Counted from the first letter of the stretch, positions 1 through 10,252 are shown. The stretch: 64,000 nt of DNA from Deltaproteobacteria bacterium (GCA_040218735.1 JAVJQW010000062.1:1-64000), one strand, 5' to 3'. The notes: generated by a model from the sequence alone, not told the origin. A program made the numbers and translations.

Positions 1-144
1 GGACGCCGGATCGGATGCGGACGCCGGATCGGATGCGGACGCCGGATCGGATGCGGACGCCGGATCGGATGCGGACGCCGGATCGGATGCGGACGCCGGA
101 TCGGATGCGGACGCCGGATCGGATGCGGACGCCGGACCGGATGC
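1..144. repeat. 18-bp coding tandem repeat (GGACGCCGGATCGGATGC)n encoding ASDPAS on the minus strand
   Basis: Seven perfect copies (1-126) plus one single-mismatch copy (127-144); it may continue beyond the edge. Degenerate SASE/SDSA-type repeats continue to about 1330. Confidence 0.95.
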
Positions 145-2934
145 GGAATCGGATTCGGATTCGGCAGCCGACGCGGAAGCGGACTCGGACTCGGACTCGG
201 ACTCGGACGCGGAAGCGGACTCGGAAGCGAAAGCGGAAGCGGACTCGGACGCGGCATCGGCAGCCGACACGGACGCGGAAGCGGACTCGGACGCCGACTC
301 ACGCGCAGACGCAACCGACGGCTCGACCCCGGACGCGGACTCGCGATCGGGCGCGGTGACCGACTCCGACGCGGAAGCGGAAGCGGCGACGGACTCGGAC
401 GCAGGCTCGCGTTCGGGCGCGGACGCAGACGCGGCGGCCGACATCGGATCCGGCGCGGAATCGGGGACCGACGCGGAGGCCGATTCGGACGCGCTCGCTT
501 CGGCGTCGGCACCCACCGGCGCGAGGACCTCGGTGTTCTTCGCAGCGTCGGCCCGCGACCTCGACGATGCGGCCACGGACTCGGTCGTCCGTGCGCCCGC
601 GTCGGACGCACCGACAGGCTCACCCTCGGAAAGGGGCGCGGCGGCGATGGATTCGGTCTTCGTCCCCGCATCGTCGTCCACGACGGACGCGGTCCCGGCG
701 GCAACGTCGTTCGACGCCGCCCCGGCCTTCGATTCGATGTCCGAAACGTCGCTCTCGGACGCCGTCGAGACGCCGAGCGCAGCGACGGCGTCGCTCTTCG
801 AATCGGTCGACGAGGAGGCCTCGGACGCCGCCAACGCGACGGCGGACGCAGTCGTCGAGGCGGGATCGGATCCGGAGACGGACGCGGGATCGGATTCGGA
901 GACCGACGCCGAATCGGAGCCCGAGGCCGATGCCGAATCGGAGCTCGAGTCCGACGCCGAATCGGAGCCGAACGCCAACGTAGCTCCGGAGTCGGACGCG
1001 GACGCAGTACCGAACGCCAACGTCGGAGTGGACTCAGACGCGGACGCGGACGCCGAAGCGGACTCGGACTCGGACTCGGACGCCGACGCCGACACGGACG
1101 AGGGCGCGGAGGCCAACGCCGAATCGGAGGCCGACGCCGAATCGGACTCCGACTCGGACTCCGAATCGGACTCAGACGCGGAACTGGACGCGGAGGCCGA
1201 CGCCGGATCGGAGGCGGACGCCGGATCGGAGGCCGACGCCGAATCGGAGGCCGACGCCGGATCGGATGCGGACGCGGAGGCCGACGCCAGATTCGCTTCG
1301 GAGGCGGATCCGGATGTTGCCACGGACTCGGCCGTCGACGATGCAGCCGACTCAGGAACCGCCTCGGACTCGGCCGCGGCCGCCAACGTCCCTGCGGACT
1401 CCACGACGGAATCGGCGCCCTCCGCCGCCGCCACCTCGCGATGCGGCTCGGCCGCTTCCGCCTCCGCAGCACCGCCCTCGCTCGCGTCCGCGCGCACCAC
1501 GGCCACCGGCTGCGTCGGCGCGTCCGCGCCGTTCTTCTTCGCGGCCCCCTTCGCCGACCACGTCGACTTCCTCGGCAGCGATCCGTTCGTCGGGGCGCTG
1601 CGATCCGGGACCTCGGTCTCCTCGGACCACTCCGACGCCGCCGCTTCGGCGCGGTACTGCGCGGCGATCGCCTCCGCCTCGGGGCCCGTGACGACGGGGG
1701 TCTCCTCCGTCGTGCGGCGCGAGGCCTCGCCCTCGGCGGCCTCCTTTGCGTTGGCCTTCGCCTCGGCGAGGCGCTGGATCCAGCCCTCGTTCGCCGGTCG
1801 CAGCGTCGTCGCCTCGGAGCCGACGAGCACGACGTCCTCCGACAGGTCCTCCAGCTCGTCGTAGGACGACTCGGGATCGGTGCCGCGCCGGGACGGATCG
1901 TCGCGTGCGTCCTCGACCGTCGGCACGATCCCCTCGGGGACCGGCGTGAGCGGCTCGGCCTGCGTCGTGACCTGCTCCGACATCGGCACCGGCGGCGACG
2001 CGCTCACGCCGTCCGTGAGCGACTCGAACACCGGCAGGGCGATCGGTCGGGACGGCTCCTCACCGGGCTGCGTCCACTGGCGGTCCGACGGGAGCTCCCA
2101 GGACGTCACCGCGAGCGGGTCCACCGACGGCAGCGGATCCGGCGCCGTCATCGCCGTCTCGCCCGTGTCCTCCGCGGTCGCCGCGCCATTCGCGTTGGCC
2201 TCCGGCTCGGGCGTCCCGATCCGCTCCAACAGCAGACGCGCCTCGTGGGCGTTGCTCGGGCGCTGGTCGGGATCCGCGTGCGCCAGGCGCCGCAGCCCCT
2301 CCTCGACCCGCGGCGGGAGCCGCGTCTTCGCCCCGAGCGCCAACAGCAGCGTCCCGAGCCGCCACAGATCCCCGCTCGGCTTCGTATCCTCGGGGCCCGT
2401 CTCCTCGGGCGCGAGCCGCACGCTGGGGGTCTTGTCGGAGCGCCACGTCTCGTCGATCGACACCGGCACCGCGACCACCTCGATCGCGCCGGTCTCCCCC
2501 ATCCTCAGGACGTGCTCGGTAAGAATGGGCTCGGTCTGACCGTCCGCGTGCCGCCGCGCCATCCGCCGCGCGAGCCCCACACCGATCGCGACGAGCTCCT
2601 CGACGCCGAGGGCCGCGCGCTCGACAAGCAGGGGCGCCTCGCCCCAGGGCAACGCCCAGAACAGGAAGCGCTCCCCGTCCGTCGCGTCCGCGCCACCGTG
2701 GGCGTGCACGACGAAGTCGCCGCCGGCCATGACCAGCTCCGCGGTCTGCCGCGCGATCTGCTTTTCGTGGTCGTGGCGGCGGCCCCGCTCCTCTTCGTCG
2801 GCGGGGGCGCGGAAGCGCGCGAGCTGCAGCAGCCGCCGCTCGCCGTCCGCGTCCCGCGCCTCGACCAACACGAGGCCCGGCGCGCGGGTGACTTCACGTA
2901 CGACTTCGAACGGCCCGACTCGGTCCGCGCTCAC
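1..2934 (-). CDS. Ser/Thr pseudokinase domain protein with long acidic Ser/Ala/Asp/Glu/Pro low-complexity tail (3'-truncated by window edge)
   Basis: Manual translation from GTG at 2934 (GAGGGGAG just upstream): VSADRVGPFEVVREVTRAPGLVLVEARD...RRLLQL...RLAPEETG...SGDLWRLGTLLL...LRRLAHADPDQRPSNAHEA. This follows the Hanks kinase subdomain layout without the Gly loop, catalytic Lys, HRD or DFG. The frame appears open to position 1 (978 codons); the ORF track lists no stop-terminated ORF in this frame. Confidence 0.8.
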   Translation of the reverse strand, partial: MSADRVGPFEVVREVTRAPGLVLVEARDADGERRLLQLARFRAPADEEERGRRHDHEKQIARQTAELVMAGGDFVVHAHGGADATDGERFLFWALPWGEAPLLVERAALGVEELVAIGVGLARRMARRHADGQTEPILTEHVLRMGETGAIEVVAVPVSIDETWRSDKTPSVRLAPEETGPEDTKPSGDLWRLGTLLLALGAKTRLPPRVEEGLRRLAHADPDQRPSNAHEARLLLERIGTPEPEANANGAATAEDTGETAMTAPDPLPSVDPLAVTSWELPSDRQWTQPGEEPSRPIALPVFESLTDGVSASPPVPMSEQVTTQAEPLTPVPEGIVPTVEDARDDPSRRGTDPESSYDELEDLSEDVVLVGSEATTLRPANEGWIQRLAEAKANAKEAAEGEASRRTTEETPVVTGPEAEAIAAQYRAEAAASEWSEETEVPDRSAPTNGSLPRKSTWSAKGAAKKNGADAPTQPVAVVRADASEGGAAEAEAAEPHREVAAAEGADSVVESAGTLAAAAESEAVPESAASSTAESVATSGSASEANLASASASASDPASASDSASASDPASASDPASASASSSASESDSESESESDSASASDSALASAPSSVSASASESESESASASASASESTPTLAFGTASASDSGATLAFGSDSASDSSSDSASASGSDSASVSESDPASVSGSDPASTTASAVALAASEASSSTDSKSDAVAALGVSTASESDVSDIESKAGAASNDVAAGTASVVDDDAGTKTESIAAAPLSEGEPVGASDAGARTTESVAASSRSRADAAKNTEVLAPVGADAEASASESASASVPDSAPDPMSAAASASAPEREPASESVAASASASESVTAPDRESASGVEPSVASARESASESASASVSAADAASESASAFASESASASESESESESASASAAESESDSASGPASASDPASASDPASASDPASASDPASASDPASASDPASASDPAS

Positions 2935-3182
2935 GGCTGCTCGCTCCCCTCGGGTCGAGGCTCGGCCAATGGGGGCGCCCCACGCACCCCGGCACCGTCC
3001 AGACCCGACCTCGCACGGTAGAAGCCCGATCCGCGACCTGCCCATCCGTCGATAGGCGCCCGACGCGGACAAGGCCTTACCCGCGCCCCCTGCCGTGTCG
3101 AACCCGCGTCTATGGGTTGACTCGGGTCCGCTGCTTCACTACCGAGCTTGTCGGCGCCCGTGCGCCAACCGCCGAGGAACTC

Positions 3183-3572
3183 ATGCCTTTCGATTTTGCC
3201 CAAGTCCTGATCTTCATGGTGGTCGCGGTCGGATTCGTCCTCGCCGCGCTCACGTTCTCGCGCCTCGTCGCGCCCCGGTTCCCCACCGTCGACAAGGGGG
3301 AGATCTACGAGTGCGGTGAGCGGCCGATCGGCGACGCGTGGTTCCAGTTCAACCCGCGGTTCTACATCATCGCGCTGATCTTCGTCGTGTTCGACGTCGA
3401 GATCGCGCTCACCTTCCCGGTCGCCGTCGTGTTCAAGGCGTGGAAGGAGAACGCCTCCGGGTTCGTCGCGCTCGGAGAGCTCTTGGTCTTCGTGTTCATC
3501 CTCCTCGCGGGCCTCGCCTATGTATGGAAGAAGGGCGACCTCGAGTGGATCAAGAACCTCCGGGCCGAGTAG
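3183..3572 (+). CDS. nuoA: NADH-quinone oxidoreductase subunit A
   Basis: YECGERP...[16 protein letters not shown]...[10 protein letters not shown] motifs; ATG 3183 after GAGGA. Confidence 0.95.
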   Translation: MPFDFAQVLIFMVVAVGFVLAALTFSRLVAPRFPTVDKGEIYECGERPIGDAWFQFNPRFYIIALIFVVFDVEIALTFPVAVVFKAWKENASGFVALGELLVFVFILLAGLAYVWKKGDLEWIKNLRAE

Positions 3573-3595
3573 CCGAGACGGAGGAAGGAAGCATC

Positions 3596-4111
3596 ATGAC
3601 GTCCGACGCCAACAGCATGATCGCAGGCGACGAGGGCATGGTCCTCGTCAGCAAGCTCGACAACCTCATCAACTGGAACCGCAAGTCCTCCATCTGGTAC
3701 CTGCTGTTCGGCCTCGCCTGCTGCGGGATCGAGCTGATGCAGACCGGCGGCCCGCGCAGCGACATCGACCGCTTCGGCGCCGTCCCGCGCGCCACGCCGC
3801 GCCAGGCGGACCTGATGATCGTGGCCGGCACGCTCACCTACAAGATGGCGCTGCGGACCAAGCTCCTCTACGACCAGATGCCCGACCCCAAGTACGTGAT
3901 CTCCATGGGGGCCTGCGCGACCTGCGGCGGCCTGTTCCAGCTCGCGTACTCGGTGTGCAAGGGCGTCGACAAGATCGTGCCGGTCGACATCTACGTCCCC
4001 GGCTGCCCCCCGCGCCCCGAGGCGCTCACGGAGGGCTTCATGCGCATCCAGGACAAGATGATGCGCGAGCGTTGGGTCGGGAAGCTCGGCAACCCGGCGC
4101 GCGCGGTCTGA
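3596..4111 (+). CDS. nuoB: NADH-quinone oxidoreductase subunit B
   Basis: [40 protein letters not shown]; ATG 3596 after GGAGGAAGG. Confidence 0.96.
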   Translation: MTSDANSMIAGDEGMVLVSKLDNLINWNRKSSIWYLLFGLACCGIELMQTGGPRSDIDRFGAVPRATPRQADLMIVAGTLTYKMALRTKLLYDQMPDPKYVISMGACATCGGLFQLAYSVCKGVDKIVPVDIYVPGCPPRPEALTEGFMRIQDKMMRERWVGKLGNPARAV

Positions 4112-4124
4112 GGCGAGAGCGAAG

Positions 4125-4922
4125 ATGGCCAAAGCGAGCAAACAAGAAGAGGCCCGCGAGAAGTCGCCCACGCGACCCGTCGGGCAGAAGATCCACGAGG
4201 CGATCGCCGCGAAGTTCGGCGAGGCCGTCGAGCTGGTCGACGCCATCGATCCCTTCACCGTCGTGAAGGACGTCGTGCTGTTCTCGGAGGTGATGAAGTT
4301 CCTGCGTCACGACCCGTCGATGCAGTTCGACTTCCTGCGCTCCGTGACCGGCGTCGACTGGCCGGAGGACGGCTACATCGACTCGGTCTACCACCTCTAC
4401 AGCTACCCGCTGGAGCACGCGCACGTCGTGAAGTACCGCTGCCCGCGCGCGGCGCCCGAGGTGCCGAGCGTCGAAGGGCTGTGGCCGACGGCGAACTGGT
4501 TCGAGCGCGAGACGTTCGACCTCCTCGGCATCATCTACCTCAACCACTCCGACCTGCGCCGGATCATGCTCCCGGACGACTGGACGGGGCACCCGCTCCG
4601 GAAGGACTACACCGAGGAGCAGGACTACCGCGGGATCGGAACGACGCGCGCGTCGCCGCTCGCGGCGTTCAAGCAGATGGACGAGACCCGCGCGAAGGCG
4701 CGCGAGGAGCGCGGCGAAGATGCGCCAGCGCCGATCGTCTCCAACATCGAGCCGCCCGCGGACTGGGTCGATCCCAAGGAGAAGCGGAAGGCCGAGGCCG
4801 CCGCGAAGGCCAAGGCCGCCGCCGCCGCGAAGGCCGCCGAAGCCGCGAAGGCCGCCGAGGCCGCGAAGGCCCCCGAGGCCGCACCGCCGGCCGCGACCGA
4901 CGGTGAAGGAGAGAACGAATGA
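4125..4922 (+). CDS. nuoC: NADH-quinone oxidoreductase subunit C with Ala/Lys/Glu-rich C-terminal tail
   Basis: [40 protein letters not shown] signature; tail [21 protein letters not shown]. Confidence 0.94.
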   Translation: MAKASKQEEAREKSPTRPVGQKIHEAIAAKFGEAVELVDAIDPFTVVKDVVLFSEVMKFLRHDPSMQFDFLRSVTGVDWPEDGYIDSVYHLYSYPLEHAHVVKYRCPRAAPEVPSVEGLWPTANWFERETFDLLGIIYLNHSDLRRIMLPDDWTGHPLRKDYTEEQDYRGIGTTRASPLAAFKQMDETRAKAREERGEDAPAPIVSNIEPPADWVDPKEKRKAEAAAKAKAAAAAKAAEAAKAAEAAKAPEAAPPAATDGEGENE

Positions 4923-6064
4923 GCGAAGCACTCGAACCGCTCCGCGCGCCGCAGCGCGAAGAGATGCTCCTCAACATGGGGCCGCAGCACCCGTCGACGC
5001 ACGGGGTGATCAACCTCCTCGTCGAGTCCGACGGCGAGGTGATCTCGCGGGTCATCCCCGAGGTGGGCTACCTCCATCGTTCCATTGAGAAGATTGGAGA
5101 GAAGGTCACCTACAACGGCTTCATGCCGTACACGGACCGCGTCGACTACGTCGCTGCGATGACCGCGAACGAGGGCTACGCGATGGCCGTCGAGCGGCTC
5201 CTCGGCGTCACGGCAGACATCCCACGGCGCGCCTCGTACTGCCGCACGATCGCGAGCGAGCTGTGCCGGATCGCGTCACACCACGTCTCCACGGGGACGA
5301 TGGTGATGGACGTCGGCGCGTTCTCGCCCTTCCTCTGGTGGCTCCGCGAGCGCGAGACGATCAACGACTTCATGGAGGAGCTCTGCGGCGCGCGCTTGAC
5401 GTACAACTACATGCGCATCGGCGGCGTCATGGCGGACATCCCGCGGGGCTTCGACCGGCGCGTGCTGCGCTGGCTCGATCACTTCGAGCCGATCATCGAC
5501 GAGTTCAACCGCGCCGCGTCGACGAACAAGATCTTCATCGAGCGGCTCGCCGACGTCGGCATCATCGACAAGGAGATGGCGATCGCGTGGGGCCTCGTCG
5601 GGCCGAACCTGCGCGCGTCGGGGCTGAAGTTCGACGTCCGCAAGAACATCCCGTACTCGGTGTATCCGGAGTTCGACTTCGACATCCCGATCGGCACGGG
5701 CTTCTACGGGACGGCGGGTGACAGCTACGACCGCTTCTACGTGCGCATCCTGGAGATGAAGGAGAGCTGCAAGATCCTGCGCCAGGCCCTCGAGGGGATT
5801 CCGGAGGGCGACTACATGGCGAAGGTGCCGCGCAAGATCAAACCGGAGCTCGACGAGGCGTACGCCGCCGTCGAGGCCGCGCGCGGCGAGATGGGCTACT
5901 ACGTCGTCTCGAACGGCGAAGAGAACGCGTGGCGCGTGAAGGTGCGGACCGGCAGCTTCACGGCGACACAGGTGATGCAACCGATCGCACCGGGGACGAT
6001 GATCGGTGACGTCGTGGCGATGTTCGCGTCGCTGGACGTCGTGGCCCCCGAGCTGGACCGCTGA
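4919..6064 (+). CDS. nuoD: NADH-quinone oxidoreductase subunit D
   Basis: [37 protein letters not shown]-terminal [11 protein letters not shown]; no NiFe CxxC motifs; ATGA overlap with nuoC. Confidence 0.96.
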   Translation: MSEALEPLRAPQREEMLLNMGPQHPSTHGVINLLVESDGEVISRVIPEVGYLHRSIEKIGEKVTYNGFMPYTDRVDYVAAMTANEGYAMAVERLLGVTADIPRRASYCRTIASELCRIASHHVSTGTMVMDVGAFSPFLWWLRERETINDFMEELCGARLTYNYMRIGGVMADIPRGFDRRVLRWLDHFEPIIDEFNRAASTNKIFIERLADVGIIDKEMAIAWGLVGPNLRASGLKFDVRKNIPYSVYPEFDFDIPIGTGFYGTAGDSYDRFYVRILEMKESCKILRQALEGIPEGDYMAKVPRKIKPELDEAYAAVEAARGEMGYYVVSNGEENAWRVKVRTGSFTATQVMQPIAPGTMIGDVVAMFASLDVVAPELDR

Positions 6065-6065
6065 C

Positions 6066-7655
6066 ATGAACTCCGAGCTACCTGCCCTTCAGAAAGTCGC
6101 CGACGCGATCATCGCGGCGGCGTTCGGCGTCGACCCCGCGACGTGGCCGCTCACCGAGCTGGTCTACCTCGCGTTCATGGGTGCGGCGGCGGGCGCCGTG
6201 TTCGGCTTCGCGCTGAACTTCGCCGGCTTCTTCATCTTCTTCGAGCGTCGCATCGCGGCGCGGATGCAGTCGCGCATCGGCCCGAACCGCGTCGGCCCGC
6301 AAGGCCTCTTGCAGTTCATGGTCGACGGGCTGAAGTGCCTCTTCAAGGAGGACCTCGTCCCGACGGAGGCCGACCAGCCGCTGTTCCGGATGGCGCCCTA
6401 CTTCGTGGTGCTCGGCATGGTGCTCGCGTTCGCGGCGATGCCGTTCTCGAGCGCGCTCATCGCGACCGACATCAACATCGGCATCCTCTTCGTGCTCGGC
6501 GTGACCTCGCTGGTGGTCATCGGCGTCCTGATGGGCGGCTGGGGCTCGAACAGCAAGTGGGCGCTCCTCGGCGGGATGCGCTCCGCGGCGCAGGTCATCT
6601 CGTACGAGATCCCGGCCGGGCTCGCGGCGATGACGGTCATCATCATCTCCGGCTCGCTGTCGATGCAGGACCTCATCGCGGCGCAGGGCGGCGACGGGAT
6701 CGTCAGCTGGGGCATCTTCCACTCGCCCTTCACCGTGGCGGCGTTCTTCGTGTTCTTCGTGGCGCAGCTCGCGGAGGGCAACCGCACCCCGTTCGACCTC
6801 CCGGAGGCGGAGTCGGAGCTCGTGTCCGGTTACAACACCGAGTACTCGGGGATGCGCTTCCTGATGTTCTTCCTCGGTGAGTTCGCGAACGTCTGGATCC
6901 TCTGCGCGGTGTCCGTGGCCCTGTTCCTCGGCGGCTGGCAGATCCCGTTCGGGACGTTGGAGGACGGCATGACCCCGAGCCCGTGGCTCGTGGGTGCGAC
7001 CGGCCCGCTCTTCGCGGTGATGCTCGCCGGCGCCTCGATCCCCGCGGCGTTCATCGGCGTGCAGATCTTCCGCTACCGCAGCCGCGCGCACGCGGCGATC
7101 GACCGCGCGAAGATCCCCGGCATGGCGCCCGGCCTCACGCGCATGGCGCTGCACGGCGGCCTCGACGGAGCGATGCTCGTCCACCTCCTCGCGGCGGTCG
7201 GGCTCGTCGGCGCCGCGGCGTTCCAGCTGAGCGGCGGCTTCGCCGAGACGTTCGAAGGCATCACGGGCTTCGCGTGGGCGGCCGTCCGCGCCCCCATCGC
7301 GATCAACGGCCTGCAGTTCGGTGTCTTCGTCGCGAAGACGCTGGGGCTGGTCTTCATCGTCATCCAGCTGCGCTGGACGCTCCCGCGCATCCGCGTCGAC
7401 CAGATGATGACGCTGTGCTGGAAGTACCTCGTCCCGATCTCCTTCGCCTGCATGCTGGGCGTGCTGGTCTGGGAGCTCGTCGTCTACGCCGTCCCGATCC
7501 TCGGGCTGATCATGCGGGTGGCGATGTTCTTCGTGGTGGTGGCCGTGTTCGCCATGTACGTGAAGAAGATCAAGGCGAGCTACGACGTGGACAAGGATAA
7601 CTACGAGAACTTCACGGGTGAATCGGCCTGGCACCCGCCGTGGAAGTTGGTCTGA
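6066..7655 (+). CDS. nuoH: NADH-quinone oxidoreductase subunit H, elongated (~529 aa)
   Basis: [74 protein letters not shown]; ~120-aa segment between GGWQIPF and LQFGVFVAK. Confidence 0.95.
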   Translation: MNSELPALQKVADAIIAAAFGVDPATWPLTELVYLAFMGAAAGAVFGFALNFAGFFIFFERRIAARMQSRIGPNRVGPQGLLQFMVDGLKCLFKEDLVPTEADQPLFRMAPYFVVLGMVLAFAAMPFSSALIATDINIGILFVLGVTSLVVIGVLMGGWGSNSKWALLGGMRSAAQVISYEIPAGLAAMTVIIISGSLSMQDLIAAQGGDGIVSWGIFHSPFTVAAFFVFFVAQLAEGNRTPFDLPEAESELVSGYNTEYSGMRFLMFFLGEFANVWILCAVSVALFLGGWQIPFGTLEDGMTPSPWLVGATGPLFAVMLAGASIPAAFIGVQIFRYRSRAHAAIDRAKIPGMAPGLTRMALHGGLDGAMLVHLLAAVGLVGAAAFQLSGGFAETFEGITGFAWAAVRAPIAINGLQFGVFVAKTLGLVFIVIQLRWTLPRIRVDQMMTLCWKYLVPISFACMLGVLVWELVVYAVPILGLIMRVAMFFVVVAVFAMYVKKIKASYDVDKDNYENFTGESAWHPPWKLV

Positions 7656-7658
7656 GCC

Positions 7659-8648
7659 ATGGCAGTCACGATCAAGAGCTACATCGACAACATCAAGGAC
7701 GCGGCGTCTTCGGTCTTCGAGGGCATGAGCGTCACGATGAGCTACATGTTCCGTCGCCCGTCGACGATCCAGTACCCCGACCGCATCCCGAAGCCGGTGC
7801 ACGAGATGCTCCCGGCGCGGTACCGCGGGTTCCTCGAGGTCGACATGGACATCTGCACGGCGTGCCTCGCGTGCGAGCGTGCGTGTCCGATCGAGTGCAT
7901 CAAGATCGACGCGGCCAAGGACAAGGAGACGCGGCGCCTGGTGATGTCGCGCTTCGACATCGACATCGCGAAGTGCATGTTCTGTGGGCTGTGCAGCGAG
8001 CCGTGCCCGACCGGCGCCATCACGCACACGCCGCACTTCGAAGCCGCGAACGCGTTCGTCGAGAACCTCACGTTCCGGTTCGTCCCGCAGGACTCGTCGG
8101 TCGAGGCGTTCAAGCCGTTCAAGGGCTACGACGCGCCCCGCAAGCGCCGCGGCGACGTCCTCGAAGCGATGGGCCTGGTGCACACCGCCGCTCGCACGCG
8201 CGCCTTCAAGCCGCCGCCCTTGGACCTCCCCCGCCTGCCGCCGCCGAAGGTCGCGGGTGTGGTCGACAAGGCCGCCAAGTTCGAGTTGCCGACCGACCGC
8301 GTGTCGTCGTTCGCCCCCAAGGTGATCGGCGCGACGAAGGAGAAGCTCGCCGTGGTCCTCGAAGAGGTCATGGCCGGCACCGACTGCGGCACGTGCGACT
8401 GGCCGACCTGCAAGGAGTACGCGGAGGCGTTGGCGTTCGGTAAGGACGACAACCCCCACAAGTGCGAGCCCGGCGGCGTCGACTCCAAGTACGAGGCCGA
8501 CGTGGTCCTGCGCTCCTGGAAGGCCGGCGCCCTGGTGCCCGAGGCCAAGGGCGAGGCCCCCCCGGCGGCGCCCGCCGAGGGCGCAGCCCCCGCGGAGGGC
8601 GCAGCCCCCGCCGAGGCCCCCGCGGCCGACACCCCCGCCGAGTCCTGA
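7659..8648 (+). CDS. nuoI: NADH-quinone oxidoreductase subunit I fused to a C-terminal RnfB-type Fe-S domain
   Basis: TIQYPD..LPARYRG, CTACLACERACP and CMFCGLCSEPCP, then GTDCGTCDWPTCKEYAEALAFGKDDNPHKCEPGG and APAEGA repeats. Confidence 0.93.
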   Translation: MAVTIKSYIDNIKDAASSVFEGMSVTMSYMFRRPSTIQYPDRIPKPVHEMLPARYRGFLEVDMDICTACLACERACPIECIKIDAAKDKETRRLVMSRFDIDIAKCMFCGLCSEPCPTGAITHTPHFEAANAFVENLTFRFVPQDSSVEAFKPFKGYDAPRKRRGDVLEAMGLVHTAARTRAFKPPPLDLPRLPPPKVAGVVDKAAKFELPTDRVSSFAPKVIGATKEKLAVVLEEVMAGTDCGTCDWPTCKEYAEALAFGKDDNPHKCEPGGVDSKYEADVVLRSWKAGALVPEAKGEAPPAAPAEGAAPAEGAAPAEAPAADTPAES

Positions 8649-8781
8649 CGGATCCGACGCTTCGCCGTCCCAAATCGCCAGCGCGTCGCGAATCGGTGAC
8701 GACCTGGGCCAACACATCTGAATCGGGGCGCCGCGCGGGCCGTCACACCCTCATCCTGTGCGGCGTGTTAATCTCGTGCGC

Positions 8782-9423
8782 GTGACGTTCCGTCCCTTCG
8801 CCCTGCTCCTCGCCGGCGCGTACCTCGTGGCGCCTATCGCGGCCGAGGCCGGCCCCTGGGAGGACCTCATGGGCGAAGGCAAGCCGCAGATCTGGACGGA
8901 CCCGAAGTCGCGCTTCTACCTGGACCTCCCCGTCGGCTGGAAGGCGAAGCCGAACCCCGACTACCCGGTCGTCGACTTCTGGAAGCAGCACCCCGACTAC
9001 GGCCACACGGCGCGCGTCTCGGTGGAGATGCGGACGCTCCCGCCGAACGTGAACACGCGCCACTTCGCGCTGTCCCACATCAACGACATCAAGAAGCGCG
9101 CGCCGCAGTTCCGGATGATCAAGGAGTCGCGGCTGCGGGTCTCCGGCGTGCCGGCGGTCCGGATGCACTTCACCTTCCAGGAGCGGAACAACGTCGCGCT
9201 CGTGAACGAGGTGACGCAGGTGATCCTCATCGTCGGCGAGCGCGCGTTCATCATCACGCTGCAGACCGCGTTCGGGGCGCGGGAGATCTTCCTGGAGGAC
9301 TTCAAGAAGATGGTGAAGGGCTTCACGGGGCGCGCGCCCGGCGAGGAGAGCCGCCCCACCCCGCGGCAACGCAAACGCGTGAAGTCCGGCGAGATGGTGA
9401 ACCCGGACGCCGTCGGATACTGA
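8782..9423 (+). CDS. Secreted PsbP/DcrB (Mog1p-like fold) family protein
   Basis: Signal-like N-terminus (FRPFALLLAGAYLVAPIAAEA), FYLDLPVGWK start motif, VSGVPAVRMHFTF...AFIITLQT...DFKKMVKGF pattern; start could be 8758-8782. Confidence 0.6.
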   Translation: MTFRPFALLLAGAYLVAPIAAEAGPWEDLMGEGKPQIWTDPKSRFYLDLPVGWKAKPNPDYPVVDFWKQHPDYGHTARVSVEMRTLPPNVNTRHFALSHINDIKKRAPQFRMIKESRLRVSGVPAVRMHFTFQERNNVALVNEVTQVILIVGERAFIITLQTAFGAREIFLEDFKKMVKGFTGRAPGEESRPTPRQRKRVKSGEMVNPDAVGY

Positions 9424-9435
9424 TACGGTCCGCGC

Positions 9436-10203
9436 GTGCTCCTCGCGCTCGACATCGGGAACACCAACCTCACGCTCGGGCTCTACGACGGTGAGACGCT
9501 CACTGACTCGTGGCGCCTCGAGACCGTCCACACCCGCACCGAGGACGAGTACGCGCTGCTGATCCGCCAGCTCCTCGCGGCGGACGCCATCGCGGTGTCG
9601 GCGATCGACGGCGTCATCCTGGCGTCCGTCGTCCCGATCCTGACCCAGACGGTGCGCGCGGCCGTGGAGCGGGTGTTCGACGTCAAGGCGAAGGTCGTGG
9701 GCCCCGGCTTCAAGACGAAGATGGTGGTGCTGTACAACCCGCCGAAGGACGTCGGCGCGGACCGCATCGTCAACGCGGTCGCGGCGTACGAGCGGTTCGG
9801 TACGGCGTGCATCGTCGTGGACTTCGGCACCGCGACCACGTTCGACAGCATCACCGCGAAGGGGGAGTACGCGGGCGGCGCCATCGCGCCCGGCATCCAC
9901 TCCTCGATGGCCGCCCTCTTCGAGCGGGCGGCCAAGCTCCCCAAGGTCGACTTCTCGCGGCCGTCGGCGGTGATCGGCAAGAGCACGGTCGAGTCCATCC
10001 AAAGCGGCGCCTTCTTCGGCTACGCGGCCCTGGTGGACGGGCTCGTGACGCGGATGAAGGCCGAAATGGGCGACGAGGTCATCCGGGTCATCGCGACCGG
10101 CGGCCTCGCCCCCACGATCGCGGACGCGTCCGAGACCATCGAGGCCGTCGACGCGGACCTCACGCTCGAAGGGCTCCGCCTCCTCTTCGTCCGCAGCGCC
10201 TAA
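9436..10203 (+). CDS. coaX: Type III pantothenate kinase
   Basis: LALDIGNTN, VGADRIVNA, VVDFGTATTFD, GGAIAPG, IATGG, LTLEGL. Confidence 0.96.
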   Translation: MLLALDIGNTNLTLGLYDGETLTDSWRLETVHTRTEDEYALLIRQLLAADAIAVSAIDGVILASVVPILTQTVRAAVERVFDVKAKVVGPGFKTKMVVLYNPPKDVGADRIVNAVAAYERFGTACIVVDFGTATTFDSITAKGEYAGGAIAPGIHSSMAALFERAAKLPKVDFSRPSAVIGKSTVESIQSGAFFGYAALVDGLVTRMKAEMGDEVIRVIATGGLAPTIADASETIEAVDADLTLEGLRLLFVRSA

Positions 10204-10223
10204 TGGGGCGCCCTCGGGCTACC

Positions 10224-10252
10224 TTGACGCCGTCCAACCCCCCGGATAGCGT
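10224..10252 (+). promoter_or_regulatory. Putative sigma70 promoter for the EF-G2 gene
   Basis: TTGACG-N17-TAGCGT, ending 34 nt before ATG 10287. Confidence 0.5.

Noticed and set aside
1-144. Repeat array as a possible CRISPR
   Set aside because: The copies are head-to-tail with no spacers, are in frame within a CDS, and no cas genes are present.
15-359. ORF of MRTPDR/RT repeats
   Set aside because: It is an alternative-frame reading of the coding tandem repeat.
356-1864. Plus-strand 502-aa Asp/Ser-rich ORF resembling an SD-repeat adhesin
   Set aside because: It has no signal peptide or folded domain and lies antisense to the longer minus-strand pseudokinase ORF, which has an RBS and a recognisable N-terminal domain. 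Low-complexity GC-rich repeats stay open on both strands.
3596-6064. nuoB/C/D as a group 4 NiFe hydrogenase
   Set aside because: The large subunit lacks both CxxC Ni-binding motifs and has the quinone-site His/Tyr motifs; NuoB has the tandem CC of complex I.
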